From Choristocarpus tenellus KU-1152 (Eukaryota; Protista; Phaeophyceae): 34,144 nucleotides of DNA. The stretch spans positions 1-34,144 of the forward strand of contig CAXNAD020000055.1 of NCBI GenBank assembly GCA_964200185.2, in the 5' to 3' direction. Within the stretch, counting starts at the first letter, position 1. Each line of letters begins with the position of its first letter. The position numbers and the translations under genes were made by a program. The notes under the pieces are model-generated. The model searched no databases, was not told where the DNA came from, and was given only the letters and a program-made list of their open reading frames with translations. Positions 27,701-34,144 of the stretch are shown one piece after another.

Positions 27701-30700
27701 AGTATTCTTACCTGAATTGCAGAGATGATATCCTTCACAGTCCCAGATTCCATAACTGGTTGATCCCTGTCTTTTGATAGATCTGCAACATTTTCCACCC
27801 TAATCCCAGCACACATCTCTAAAAACAAGGTAGCCCTATCCCGCAGTTCTTTCACAAGTAAATCACGTCCACGAAGAGGCCTTAGACCTCCTAGAAGATC
27901 TGCAGCTTCTGTGTTTTGATGGCAATTGACAACATGCATCCTGACACCATCCAGCGCCACACAACATAGTAGACAACGAAGTGGGTTGTGTGGGGATTGT
28001 TAACTGTACATAAAATCAAGCCCACTCATAGAACACTGTTTATCAACAGGCTTACAATGTTAGTAACAAGTGCCATCCTGTTGGACCTGTGTTTGATGCA
28101 GCTATTGAGTCAACTAGGTCCATCAAGTGTGTTGACGAACCAACAAACTTGGCATGAAAGTCAAGAAGACTCTTGCAATGCACACAGAACATCTTAACAC
28201 CTCGATATTACTTTCGTAGGTGCTCAGTCACAATCTTGACTGAGCACATAGGAAAAGAACATGAGTGGATGTACTTCTGTGATTGGGGAGTTACTTCCTA
28301 CCACTGTCTGTTACATTCGTGCCACAGAGTAGAAATGCATGTCCTTCATGCACCAGGGACAAGTCATTATTCATGTACAAAGAAAAAAACAGTTTCTCCA
28401 TGTCAGGAAGAACGACTCACTTAATATCAAGCTACACAACAGATGTCAAATTTCATCACCTCCTCCCAAGAAGAGTAGAATAAAGTTGGCAAACAGTTGT
28501 CTTTCCGCAACCTGTCTCTCCAACTAGTAGAACAGGTTCCAAATTGGAAAGGCACCTCCCTACCAGTCGGAAGAGTCTCCGCATATGCCTGCCAACGTTA
28601 GCGAGACAAAGCGAGATAGGGAAAGTATTACACAAAATAATTAAACTAGATTGATGCTTGTCTCTCTGAAGTCATATATCTCTACATAAATTTATCACAA
28701 TTTCTGCACATTTGTCCTTGCCAAGATCCCACCACAAAAACCAAAAAATGACATTTTTATGAGGGCATGGTAACTTAACATATGCTGGCACGAATATTAC
28801 AATTTTCCTAGCTCAGCTAATGAGATTCCAAATCAAAATCCTCATCGTGCCTCTCACTACAAGAGGACAAAGGAAAAATGATATTTGCATCACTGCCAAG
28901 AAAACAACAAGGATATAGTAGAGCACAAAATTATAGTAATTACAAAAATTGCAAACCATCACAATTTCAAAATTTTCGTGATAAACCTCTTTTTAACTGA
29001 CAGATGTTCAGGCTCAGCAGGTGGTAAAAAATTGAGATTCCATGTTTTTTCATCCCCAGCAATACGCACAACACGTCTTTGTCGGAGTCCCTAACTTTTC
29101 GCATCATAGCCTTCACTTGTGAACGATTCATTGCAAACACATAAAAATCACACTTTTTTATCACACTTGTCAAAGTACAGGCTCAGAGATTAACCCTAGT
29201 TATGTAGGGCAAAATTGAACACAACAGAATTGTTCTGGAAGGCACAAACTGTATTCAGGCTCAGTAAATGGTTAATTTGAGATTCCGTGCGGGTTTATCC
29301 CCAATGATACGCACTACACGCCTCATACGGATGTCCCTAACTTTTCACATCACAGCCTTTTTACAGACCTTCAAAGCCTTTACATGAAAAAGGGGAATAT
29401 GAAACATTTCATCTATTCAATTATTGACATGTAGCATTTATCCTCTACAAAAATCAACCAGGGCACTTGACTCTAGTAACCACCATGTGCTGTAATGCAT
29501 GGTCAAACAGATAGGAATACGCTGTTGGATATTCCCTAGTTGCTAGGAGGTTATCCTTAACATTTTCCTTAATCTGGGGTCGTAATACTCTAATGAAAAC
29601 TTTAAAATAAATTCGTGTTTGAGGCTAGAGGAAAACAAGTCAGGAGTATGGTGTGCTTATAGAATATTTGGAATATATATGCTCACACACATTGAACATA
29701 GAATATCATGAGAATCAAACTCTACATAAAGAGTGCATGGTGTCAAGATGTAGGTGATAGACCTTCCACACTGAAAGGGATAGATATAATTACCTTGTCA
29801 GAGCTACTCCCTCCAGACCAGCTTCAGAACCCATCCCCTTATCTAGCATGTCCTGCACCAAGAGAAGCTGAGCATGGTTTCCGAGCCTTGTGTCAGCAAG
29901 CTCTTCCTCCTGATCATGCTTCAATGAGACATCCACACTACTATACAATGCCTCTGTGTCAATGGACACTCCAAGCTTTTAAACAAAGTTAGAAAAGAAG
30001 ATGTGATCAGCTTCAACACACAGAACACTTGAAAAATGAGCAAGCATAAAATATAGCTTCATCTGACAATATATGCTATCAATCTATCATCACTATATAG
30101 AGGGGAAAAAGTCATTCATAGTGAAATATTTAACAATTAAACAACTTAATTTAACAATTCTTTTTCTATTATCTCTATTTTTAAACTACACACCTTTTCC
30201 TCCAGCACGTTTTTCATCTCCATTTTTTCTTCTTCTCTCCTTAGCCTCTCAGCCAAAAGCATGTATCTGTCAAAAGGTGACATCAAACTACTTCAGATCT
30301 ACAATACCTCGGCGGTCATGAAAATGCTAAACATTCTACAACAATACTGTTATCATTGCATATTGTTTGTCGTGGGGGTAACTGTGTAACAAATTAATAA
30401 GAAATGTAGCCTTCCTCAAACAGCGCAGTCAGGGCGTGACCCCTGACATGCCTCCACCAGACCCCCCCCAAAAAATAGTGTATGCCTCCCGTCTATCAAA
30501 TTCCACCTACAACCAAAGATCTGCTGCCCTAGTAGCACTCTTGAACATGTCTCATTGAACACTGTATGTTTACCTCAAACCCTTTTGGTGTTGAGTGGGA
30601 ACAGGGTTGTGAGACAAATGGACAAGAACTAAGGGCAACAGGTGCAGTAAGGTCATTTATGAAACAAATGAGAGACTTCCAGCACACAAGTAGAGGGCGT

Positions 30701-32023
30701 CATTAAAGTGTAGAGGGTTGAGCAGATGGCTGATTGATCTTGCTGGGCATGAAACGGACCATGAGGCATGGGTCAAAAGCCTTCCCCACGGTTAGCTGGG
30801 CCAGCATACATGTTCAAATGCGTGTTTTATTTCACCATTTCGGTGTTGGCAGTTGTCAGAACTAGTCCCCACTTTTTAACATACACAGCCTATTCTAAAC
30901 AAAATGTAATACTGAAAAATGGGGCGCAATTTTTCTTACCCTTCCTCAGCCAGTTCTTGTTTTCCTTGTGGTGATCTTCCCGCCCATCGCAGCAAGTCTC
31001 GAGGTGATATCGGTCCATGCTTTCCCAAAAAGAGTCGACTTGTTTGCCGTCTGGCCTGGACATAAATATGCAGAAAAACCGTAACAAAGGTGATATGCGC
31101 ATTTTTTTTATTAATTACAGCAATAGCATTGTGAATCACTAATTAATCAACTCCAGCTAGATCAATTAGTGTAGCTTAACTATAGTATTGATCGGTTCAC
31201 AACACCCATGACACTTAAATGAGATACAACTTTCAAATATAAAATCCAGTGCCTTCTTTATGAACATTAAAGAACTAACCTGCAAATCCTGCAGCACACC
31301 CACCAGCAGCTTACAATGACTAGGAGGAACTCCACATCTCTTTTCCAATATGGTCTCCCACTCCTCGCCAGGTATATCACCCACATGAACCTGATCCGGT
31401 TTTCAAGACCGTTCCATGAAAGTATTTCCAAACGTATGTGAACTAGAGTTCCAGATCAGGTGGGTAATGCACGAAACGGTCAAGGTCATGGAGGATTCTG
31501 ACATTTAGAATCGCAGATTTTGATCGATTATACTGCTAAAACTTAAGTCTAAACACCTCCCTGATTCTATCCATTTCGTACTTGGACTGTAAGTGACCAT
31601 CATAATTTGCGTACCTCCAAGAACCTGTTCCTGAAAGCTCTTGAAAGTGGCTTACGCCCACCATATACTCCAGGGGGGTTTTGAGTCGCAAAAAGGCGGA
31701 AGGCAGGATGCGGTTTGATGATCTCTTGGGTTTCAGAGAGGAAGAGTTCTCTGTTGTTATCAAGGACTCGATTTAGAGCCTCAAGAACCTGTATGCAAAC
31801 AGAGAAGACAACAACTGTTGGTATCTTAACAATTGTGCATCACTCCAAGTCTTGATTCAGGAGTAAAACAGTGATCTTCTGTAAGAAGCGCTCTGATATG
31901 AAACACTTGAAATACAACAGTTCGGATATGTTTCCATTGGTCACTTCTTACCTCTGAAGGGGCGAGGTTAAGTTCATCAAGGATGATCCAGTAACCTTGT
32001 CGTAGTGCTTGCACTAACACCCC
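449..32023 (-). CDS. MDN1: Midasin (Rea1) AAA+ ATPase, partial multi-exon gene (43 exons in window, 4,910 codons; both ends outside the window)
   Basis: Tandem AAA motifs: WIILDELNLAPSE; GETGCGKT/LLLLDELSLA/ATMNPGGDFGKRELSPALRSRF; GSPGVGKT/WVLLDELNLA/AAQNP; GHRGTGKT. These are followed by the linker (LFPDF, WWFYLY, KWDEQTYY) and the D/E tail (GTGMGEGEG). Exon phases are compatible throughout. Confidence 0.97.
991..1163 (-). CDS. MDN1: MDN1 exon, D/E-rich tail (ELDREMG...VVDEKMWD)
   Basis: tag acceptor, gtaag donor; midasin-type VDEKxW motif. Confidence 0.92.
1479..1549 (-). CDS. MDN1: MDN1 exon (GLEMENDFDGELFDIPK)
   Basis: tag/gtgagc; EMxxDFDG motif. Confidence 0.92.
1693..1846 (-). CDS. 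MDN1: MDN1 exon (FDDDVEGTGMGEGEGKKDVSDQIEDEEQ)
   Basis: cag/gtgaga; conserved GTGMGEGEG. Confidence 0.95.
2143..2265 (-). CDS. MDN1: MDN1 exon (GKLHYVIVRVFRTLLSKGLC)
   Basis: aag/gtacat; motif at the end of the linker. Confidence 0.92.
2433..2548 (-). CDS. MDN1: MDN1 exon (YDAASAAIISLC...IAFSK)
   Basis: cag/gtgagg; phase 1/0 fits neighbours. Confidence 0.82.
2772..4146 (-). CDS. MDN1: MDN1 exon, linker
   Basis: Within 471-aa ORF; cag/gtgagt. Confidence 0.9.
4458..4589 (-). CDS. MDN1: MDN1 exon (AKRADYYYLKSL)
   Basis: cag/gtaaca; phase 0/0. Confidence 0.88.
4722..5546 (-). CDS. MDN1: MDN1 exon, linker (KKRAVLDLLSELKKQGLS)
   Basis: Within 338-aa ORF; cag/gtgagg. Confidence 0.9.
5976..6113 (-). 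CDS. MDN1: MDN1 exon (VSSAEVLHG...MVKK)
   Basis: cag/gtaaca; open frame, phase 0/0. Confidence 0.8.
6542..6695. repeat. Dispersed ~150-bp intronic repeat, copy 2
   Basis: Same orientation and blocks as 259-410. Confidence 0.8.
7030..7126 (-). CDS. MDN1: MDN1 exon (WDEQTYYSLAESSEKSHRKL)
   Basis: cag/gtaag; conserved motif. Confidence 0.93.
7276..7358 (-). CDS. MDN1: MDN1 exon (IEKKLKEEAKLAK)
   Basis: cag/gtgagt. Confidence 0.92.
7651..7823 (-). CDS. MDN1: MDN1 exon (FLRTAPIGEFFARL...RYYSQ)
   Basis: cag/gtgagg; GEFxxRL motif. Confidence 0.92.
8169..8264 (-). ncRNA. Box C/D snoRNA, SNORD102-like guide (LSU rRNA)
   Basis: GGCT-ATGATGA(C)...GTATTTCATCGTCG-CTGA(D')...ATGATGA(C')...CTGA(D)-GCC. 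All four boxes are canonical and there is a terminal stem. Confidence 0.88.
8446..8540 (-). ncRNA. Box C/D snoRNA paralog of 8169-8264 (partly degenerate)
   Basis: C=ATGATAA, identical D' guide plus CTGA, C'=GTGATGA, D=TTGA. Confidence 0.65.
8692..8989 (-). CDS. MDN1: MDN1 exon (AHRWWFYLY...)
   Basis: aag/gtaggt. Confidence 0.87.
9141..9380 (-). CDS. MDN1: MDN1 exon (KAQEWE...RWRALELRSW)
   Basis: cag/gtttgt; conserved WRxLEL. Confidence 0.93.
9755..10340 (-). CDS. MDN1: MDN1 exon (DFYHDANVVE...EFPGH)
   Basis: cag/gttaga. Confidence 0.9.
10458..10642 (-). CDS. MDN1: MDN1 exon (tandem TAGCAG acceptor, 10642 or 10639)
   Basis: Open frame, gtgagg donor, phase 0/2 fits. Confidence 0.78.
11148..11288 (-). 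CDS. MDN1: MDN1 exon (EERLKSLFPDF)
   Basis: cag/gtgtgt; conserved LFPD motif. Confidence 0.88.
11690..11771 (-). ncRNA. Box C/D snoRNA, 18S rRNA guide (copy A)
   Basis: AGTCG/TGACT stem, C=GTGATGT, D'=CTGA. The 16-nt D guide CACTCTAATTTTTTCA is antisense to 18S UGAAAAAAUUAGAGUG. Confidence 0.8.
11863..11940 (-). ncRNA. Box C/D snoRNA, 18S rRNA guide (copy B)
   Basis: GCCA/TGGC stem, C=ATGATGA, D'=ATGA, D guide AACACTCTAATTTTTT-G-CTGA. Confidence 0.87.
12367..12439 (-). CDS. MDN1: MDN1 exon (AEEKKAEEQRKKDEILKYK)
   Basis: tag/gtgagt; phase 2/0. Confidence 0.87.
12702..12805 (-). CDS. MDN1: MDN1 exon (ALLCRAELY...NSWAR)
   Basis: tag/gtatga; phase 0/2. Confidence 0.82.
13108..13869 (-). CDS. 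MDN1: MDN1 exon, linker (acceptor probably GAG)
   Basis: Within 312-aa ORF; gtaagc donor. Confidence 0.85.
14425..18514 (-). CDS. MDN1: MDN1 giant exon (4,090 nt): end of AAA6 and proximal linker
   Basis: SVLDRLNPLLE...PHPNFRLFLT...GEVSRAMRNRCVEI; cag/gtgagc. Confidence 0.95.
18647..18948 (-). CDS. MDN1: MDN1 exon, AAA6 Walker B region (FQWCDG...WLLLDGANLC)
   Basis: cag/gtgagg. Confidence 0.93.
19181..19306 (-). CDS. MDN1: MDN1 exon, AAA6 insert
   Basis: cag/gtgtgt; phase 0/0. Confidence 0.75.
19586..19708 (-). CDS. MDN1: MDN1 exon (VDSRSRHAEL...)
   Basis: cag/gtaagc; completes EQ|VD motif. Confidence 0.87.
20441..20673 (-). pseudogene. Fragment of a bacterial Bax inhibitor-1/YccA-family membrane protein gene (Rickettsiales-like), frameshifted, intronic
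   Basis: Hand translation GIIYTGASIARTFFVCSAMFGGMSLYGYSTGKDLTGLGSFLFMGLIGLVLTSVIDIFLNSPAIEYALSVIGVII-[1-nt deletion]-TGL. There is an in-frame stop upstream and codons mostly end in A/T. Confidence 0.85.
21038..21197 (-). CDS. MDN1: MDN1 exon, AAA6 Walker A (GHRGTGKT...TDISELLGCYEQ)
   Basis: cag/gtaag. Confidence 0.95.
22247..22849 (-). CDS. MDN1: MDN1 exon (GGAWEFNLRDVFRW...YVQRMR)
   Basis: tag/gttggt; AAA5 lid motif. Confidence 0.93.
23174..23349 (-). CDS. MDN1: MDN1 exon (VFVDAL...KMIRFN)
   Basis: aag/gtgaaa. Confidence 0.92.
23564..23740 (-). CDS. MDN1: MDN1 exon, AAA5 (VLEGLNSCLDHR...GRKGLPKSFLSRFTK)
   Basis: cag/gtaag; highly conserved. Confidence 0.96.
23942..24175 (-). CDS. MDN1: MDN1 exon, AAA5 (RINLSEQTD...WVLLDELNLASQ)
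   Basis: cag/gtaata. Confidence 0.96.
24397..24750 (-). CDS. MDN1: MDN1 exon, AAA5 Walker A (LLEGSPGVGKT)
   Basis: cag/gtgaac. Confidence 0.95.
25075..25362 (-). CDS. MDN1: MDN1 exon (SIRDLLGW...LDGLG)
   Basis: cag/gtaag. Confidence 0.93.
25755..25889 (-). CDS. MDN1: MDN1 exon (VWVP...MLDFAWWF)
   Basis: tag/gtaaat. Confidence 0.92.
26115..26193 (-). CDS. MDN1: MDN1 exon, AAA4 (ATMNPGGDFGKRELSPALRSRFTE)
   Basis: aag/gtgagg. Confidence 0.96.
26512..27203 (-). CDS. MDN1: MDN1 exon, AAA4 insert and Walker B (acceptor uncertain; GC donor)
   Basis: FEWADGPL...LLDELSLAEDAVLERLNSVLE; the phase-0 acceptor at 27203 is inferred. Confidence 0.85.
27712..27940 (-). CDS. MDN1: MDN1 exon (VNCHQNTEAADLLGGLRP)
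   Basis: cag/gtaag. Confidence 0.95.
28460..28588 (-). CDS. MDN1: MDN1 exon, AAA4 Walker A (EPVLLVGETGCGKTTVCQ)
   Basis: cag/gtgatg. Confidence 0.96.
28810..28897 (-). ncRNA. Candidate box C/D snoRNA, LSU guide
   Basis: C=GTGATGC, C'=ACGATGA. The D guide GGAATCTCATTA-G-CTGA matches LSU UAA(C/U)GAGAUUCC. Short terminal stem. Confidence 0.6.
29010..29112 (-). ncRNA. Candidate box C/D snoRNA (pair, copy A)
   Basis: AGGCT/AGCCT stem, C=ATGATGC, D=CTGA; elements GTTAGGGAC and GGAATCTCA shared with copy B. Confidence 0.68.
29257..29358 (-). ncRNA. Candidate box C/D snoRNA (pair, copy B)
   Basis: AGGCT/AGCCT stem, C=GTGATGT, D'=ATGA, D=CTGA; collinear with 29010-29112. Confidence 0.68.
29794..29975 (-). 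CDS. MDN1: MDN1 exon (LGVSIDTEALY...GVALTR)
   Basis: aag/gtaatt; phase 0/2. Confidence 0.87.
30194..30266 (-). CDS. MDN1: MDN1 exon (YMLLAERLR)
   Basis: cag/gtgtgt. Confidence 0.94.
30940..31055 (-). CDS. MDN1: MDN1 exon (FLGKHGPISPRDLLRWA)
   Basis: cag/gtaag. Confidence 0.95.
31280..31390 (-). CDS. MDN1: MDN1 exon (DIP...ILEKRCGVPPS)
   Basis: cag/gttagt. Confidence 0.94.
31615..31788 (-). CDS. MDN1: MDN1 exon, AAA3 (VLEALNR...FATQNPPGVYGGRKPLSRAFRNRF)
   Basis: cag/gtacgc. Confidence 0.96.
31952..32023 (-). CDS. MDN1: MDN1 exon, AAA3 Walker B (WIILDELNLAPSE)
   Basis: cag/gtaag. Confidence 0.96.
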
Positions 32024-32162
32024 CTGGCCGAAACAAGACATGGACGGAAACGTGACAACATAAGGAATATAGATTAGAACTGAAGGAACATGGAGAAACT
32101 CTTACACAGAAACATGCAGATCAATGCAGAAAGAAGAAACGAAGATTACCTTCCTCAAGGCT

Positions 32163-32272
32163 TGCTGGATTAGAATCAACTGGTCACCTCTGGCTTGACG
32201 GGGACAGCTCTTTCGAATTAAACCATGGTCGATCTTGTAAGGGGAAAGAAGACTTTTTCATCATTTCCAGCA
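32163..32272 (-). ncRNA. Box C/D snoRNA array copy 1 (snR190/SNORD12-like; box D mutated to CTAA)
   Basis: TGCTGGA/TCCAGCA stem, C=ATGATGA, guide GTCTTCTTTCCCC. Confidence 0.65.
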
Positions 32273-32490
32273 TCAGAAATAGTTGGTGTCTACTGACGTA
32301 TTCAGCATCAAGTCTATTTGTAGACTTGGGACTTGCATACACTAGTACTTGCAAAGTTAGTGAGCACACACACACTAGGCAATTTTCACAAATTATAAGT
32401 TGGTGAGGTGTAATGGACAAGGGAAGACATCGACTCCCTTCACGCTCAATACAAGAGAGAAATTTGACACTGAGCACACAGAATGCAACA

Positions 32491-32603
32491 CTGGATCAGA
32501 GTTGACCAGTCACCCTCTGGCTTGTCGGGGCTGGCTCTTTCATAATAAAAAAAAACCATGGTCGATCTTACATGGGGAAAGAAGACTCTCTCATCATCTC
32601 CAG
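32491..32603 (-). ncRNA. Box C/D snoRNA array copy 2 (snR190/SNORD12-like)
   Basis: CTGGA/TCCAG stem, ATGATGA, GTCTTCTTTCCCC, CTGA. Confidence 0.83.
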
Positions 32604-32693
32604 ATAGGCGCATCACCAAATAATCATTCACATAACTAAGCAGACTCCAAACAGAACCTCTTCAATGTTGCACTGTAATTTATTTTCTTAATC

Positions 32694-32803
32694 ACTGGAT
32701 CAGAATCAACCTAGCACCTTCTGGCTTGGCAGGGCCGGCTCTTTCATACTAGAACCATGGTCGGTATTACATGGGGAAAGAAGACTTTCTCATCATTTCC
32801 AGT
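32694..32803 (-). ncRNA. Box C/D snoRNA array copy 3 (snR190/SNORD12-like)
   Basis: ACTGGA/TCCAGT stem, ATGATGA, GTCTTCTTTCCCC, CTGCCAAGCC, CTGA. Confidence 0.85.
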
Positions 32804-32983
32804 TCCTTGATAAAATGTGACAAATCTTTCTGACGTAGTAGTTTCGCTTTCATCAAGACAAGCTACCAAACTAAGCTAATGAAAATCCTTTCAAGGTCTC
32901 CCATGTATGCTACCCTGGCAAGTGACAAGGCTTTGGTCAGAAACAAAATACTGAAGGATCTTTGAGGCTCACTCTTGTAGTAC

Positions 32984-33088
32984 TGGATCAGAATTGACCA
33001 AACACCCTCTGGCTTGGCGGGGTTGGCTCTTTCCGATATAACCATGATCGATCTTCCATGGGGAAAGAAGACTTTATCATCACATCCA
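32984..33088 (-). ncRNA. Box C/D snoRNA array copy 4 (snR190/SNORD12-like)
   Basis: TGGA/TCCA stem, GTGATGA, GTCTTCTTTCCCC, CTGA. Confidence 0.83.
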
Positions 33089-33394
33089 TACCATCAAAAG
33101 TGTGCTATATGATCATTTAAAATTGTGGCTAAGAACTTACTGAAGTCTTACTGTTTAGAAGTACAAGAATCAGATAGGTGATTTGTTCTTTCTCCAAAAA
33201 AATCCAGGTCATTGGTGTGGGCAATGACAAGCATAGTCTATCAATACTTCAGACACTGCAGAAGAGATTTAGCAGACCTTCTCCATTGGCAGAAAGAAGT
33301 AGATGTTTGTCTATGTGTGACAAGTAGCTTATCTACCACACTATCAAGAACATAATGGAAAAGAGGTGAATGACCCAGAAACACACAAGAAATC

Positions 33395-33524
33395 TCGATC
33401 AGAAAATGTTCCATGGTGTATCTTCAAGAACTTGTCTCAAGCATTGAAGGTGTTGTCAAGCACCCCACATTGCATGGTAAAGGATTGCAGAACAGGTCTC
33501 CAAGATGTTTTTTCATCACATCGA
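33395..33524 (-). ncRNA. Box C/D snoRNA, LSU guide (antisense to CAGGUCUCCAAG)
   Basis: TCGA/TCGA stem, C=GTGATGA, 12-nt guide CTTGGAGACCTG, D'-like CTGC, D=CTGA. Confidence 0.75.
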
Positions 33525-33664
33525 AATATTTCCCACAGTTTCTAAAGCAGGGTTTGATGAGACTTCAAAAAGGACATTCTGTATTTCCTAGAAACTACAC
33601 AAGCTTTCTCTTTGCATCATAGTTGATTCAGTAGCGTAAAATGTGCATTGGGGCTCTGCAAAAA

Positions 33665-33831
33665 TCGATCAGATAGTGGTGCATGTTGAATCATCAATAT
33701 CAGGCACCAAACATGAGAACTGAATAGGCAAAACTACACTTCTCAGCGTAGAATTTGTGACCCAATCAGTCTGCATATGGCTACCATTTACAGAACAGGT
33801 CTGTGATATGGATCTGTTTTCCTCACATCGA
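33665..33831 (-). ncRNA. Degenerate paralog of the 33395-33524 snoRNA
   Basis: Same termini (TCGATGTGA...TCTGATCGA), C=GTGAGGA, partial guide AGACCTGTTCTG. Confidence 0.45.
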
Positions 33832-34144
33832 CATTCACAAAAAAAAAACATTAGCAGTACATCAACAACATTGATGTTGGGCACAGTGCACAAGATGTCG
33901 AAAAAATCTTCATTGCAACATGTTCATATTGAATCATATCCAAAGAGTAATACCACATCTTTATATGACACCAAGCATAATAGTATACTGATACCTTTGA
34001 CGTGTCTTCCTTTAGCATGAGAATGATGCCATGCTACATTTTATATTGGCCAATATCAAAACTCCATCTTTATCAGTCTGATACTTTCTAATTTCTGGCT
34101 TATTATATTCCCATAATTCCTTTGAACTTAAATCTGCCAAATTA

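Noticed and set aside
28221-28246. 10-bp perfect hairpin TGCTCAGTCA/TGACTGAGCA
   Set aside because: Short and isolated; terminator logic does not apply in a eukaryotic intron.
28400-28459. GTGATGA...CTGA with 8-nt 5.8S-like guide
   Set aside because: The C box is the splice donor itself, the unit is short and has no terminal stem.
29466-29477. 12-nt match CTTGACTCTAGT to LSU rRNA
   Set aside because: No credible C or D box nearby; a lone 12-mer is expected by chance.
30005-30096. GTGATGA...CTGA at snoRNA-like spacing
   Set aside because: No independent terminal stem, paralog or recognisable guide; not supportable without a scan.
32163-33088. Repeat-spacer pattern resembling a CRISPR array
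   Set aside because: Repeats are ~110 nt and diverged, spacers are irregular, there are no cas genes and the context is a eukaryotic intron. C/D boxes and rRNA complementarity explain it.
310-34020. Plus-strand and alternate-frame ORFs, including hydrophobic ones at 437-703 and 963-1235
   Set aside because: They are antisense shadows of MDN1 exons (GA-rich D/E codons) or chance intronic ORFs with no recognisable motifs.
32024-34144. Search for the preceding AAA3 Walker A exon
   Set aside because: No matching motif found; it presumably lies beyond the window, so this stretch is treated as intron.

Overview
Eukaryotic genomic DNA, intron-rich with canonical GT-AG splicing. A stramenopile/brown-algal origin is my guess and is not shown by the sequence. 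The whole window lies inside one minus-strand gene, midasin (MDN1/Rea1), the AAA+ ATPase that remodels pre-60S ribosomes. I traced 43 exons by hand in one continuous frame (14,730 nt, 4,910 codons), from the AAA3 Walker B motif through AAA4-6 and the linker into the D/E-rich tail. The N-terminus and MIDAS domain lie outside the window. The introns hold two things the ORF track misses. (1) About 13 box C/D snoRNA-like units, all on the host sense strand, sit in tandem clusters in four introns, many with antisense elements to conserved 18S/28S rRNA motifs (recalled from memory). They include a 4-copy snR190/SNORD12-like array. (2) A ~230-bp frameshifted fragment of a bacterial, Rickettsiales-like Bax inhibitor-1/YccA gene suggests an endosymbiont-to-nucleus DNA insertion. 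Also present: a GC-AG intron, a probable GAG acceptor and a dispersed ~150-bp repeat.
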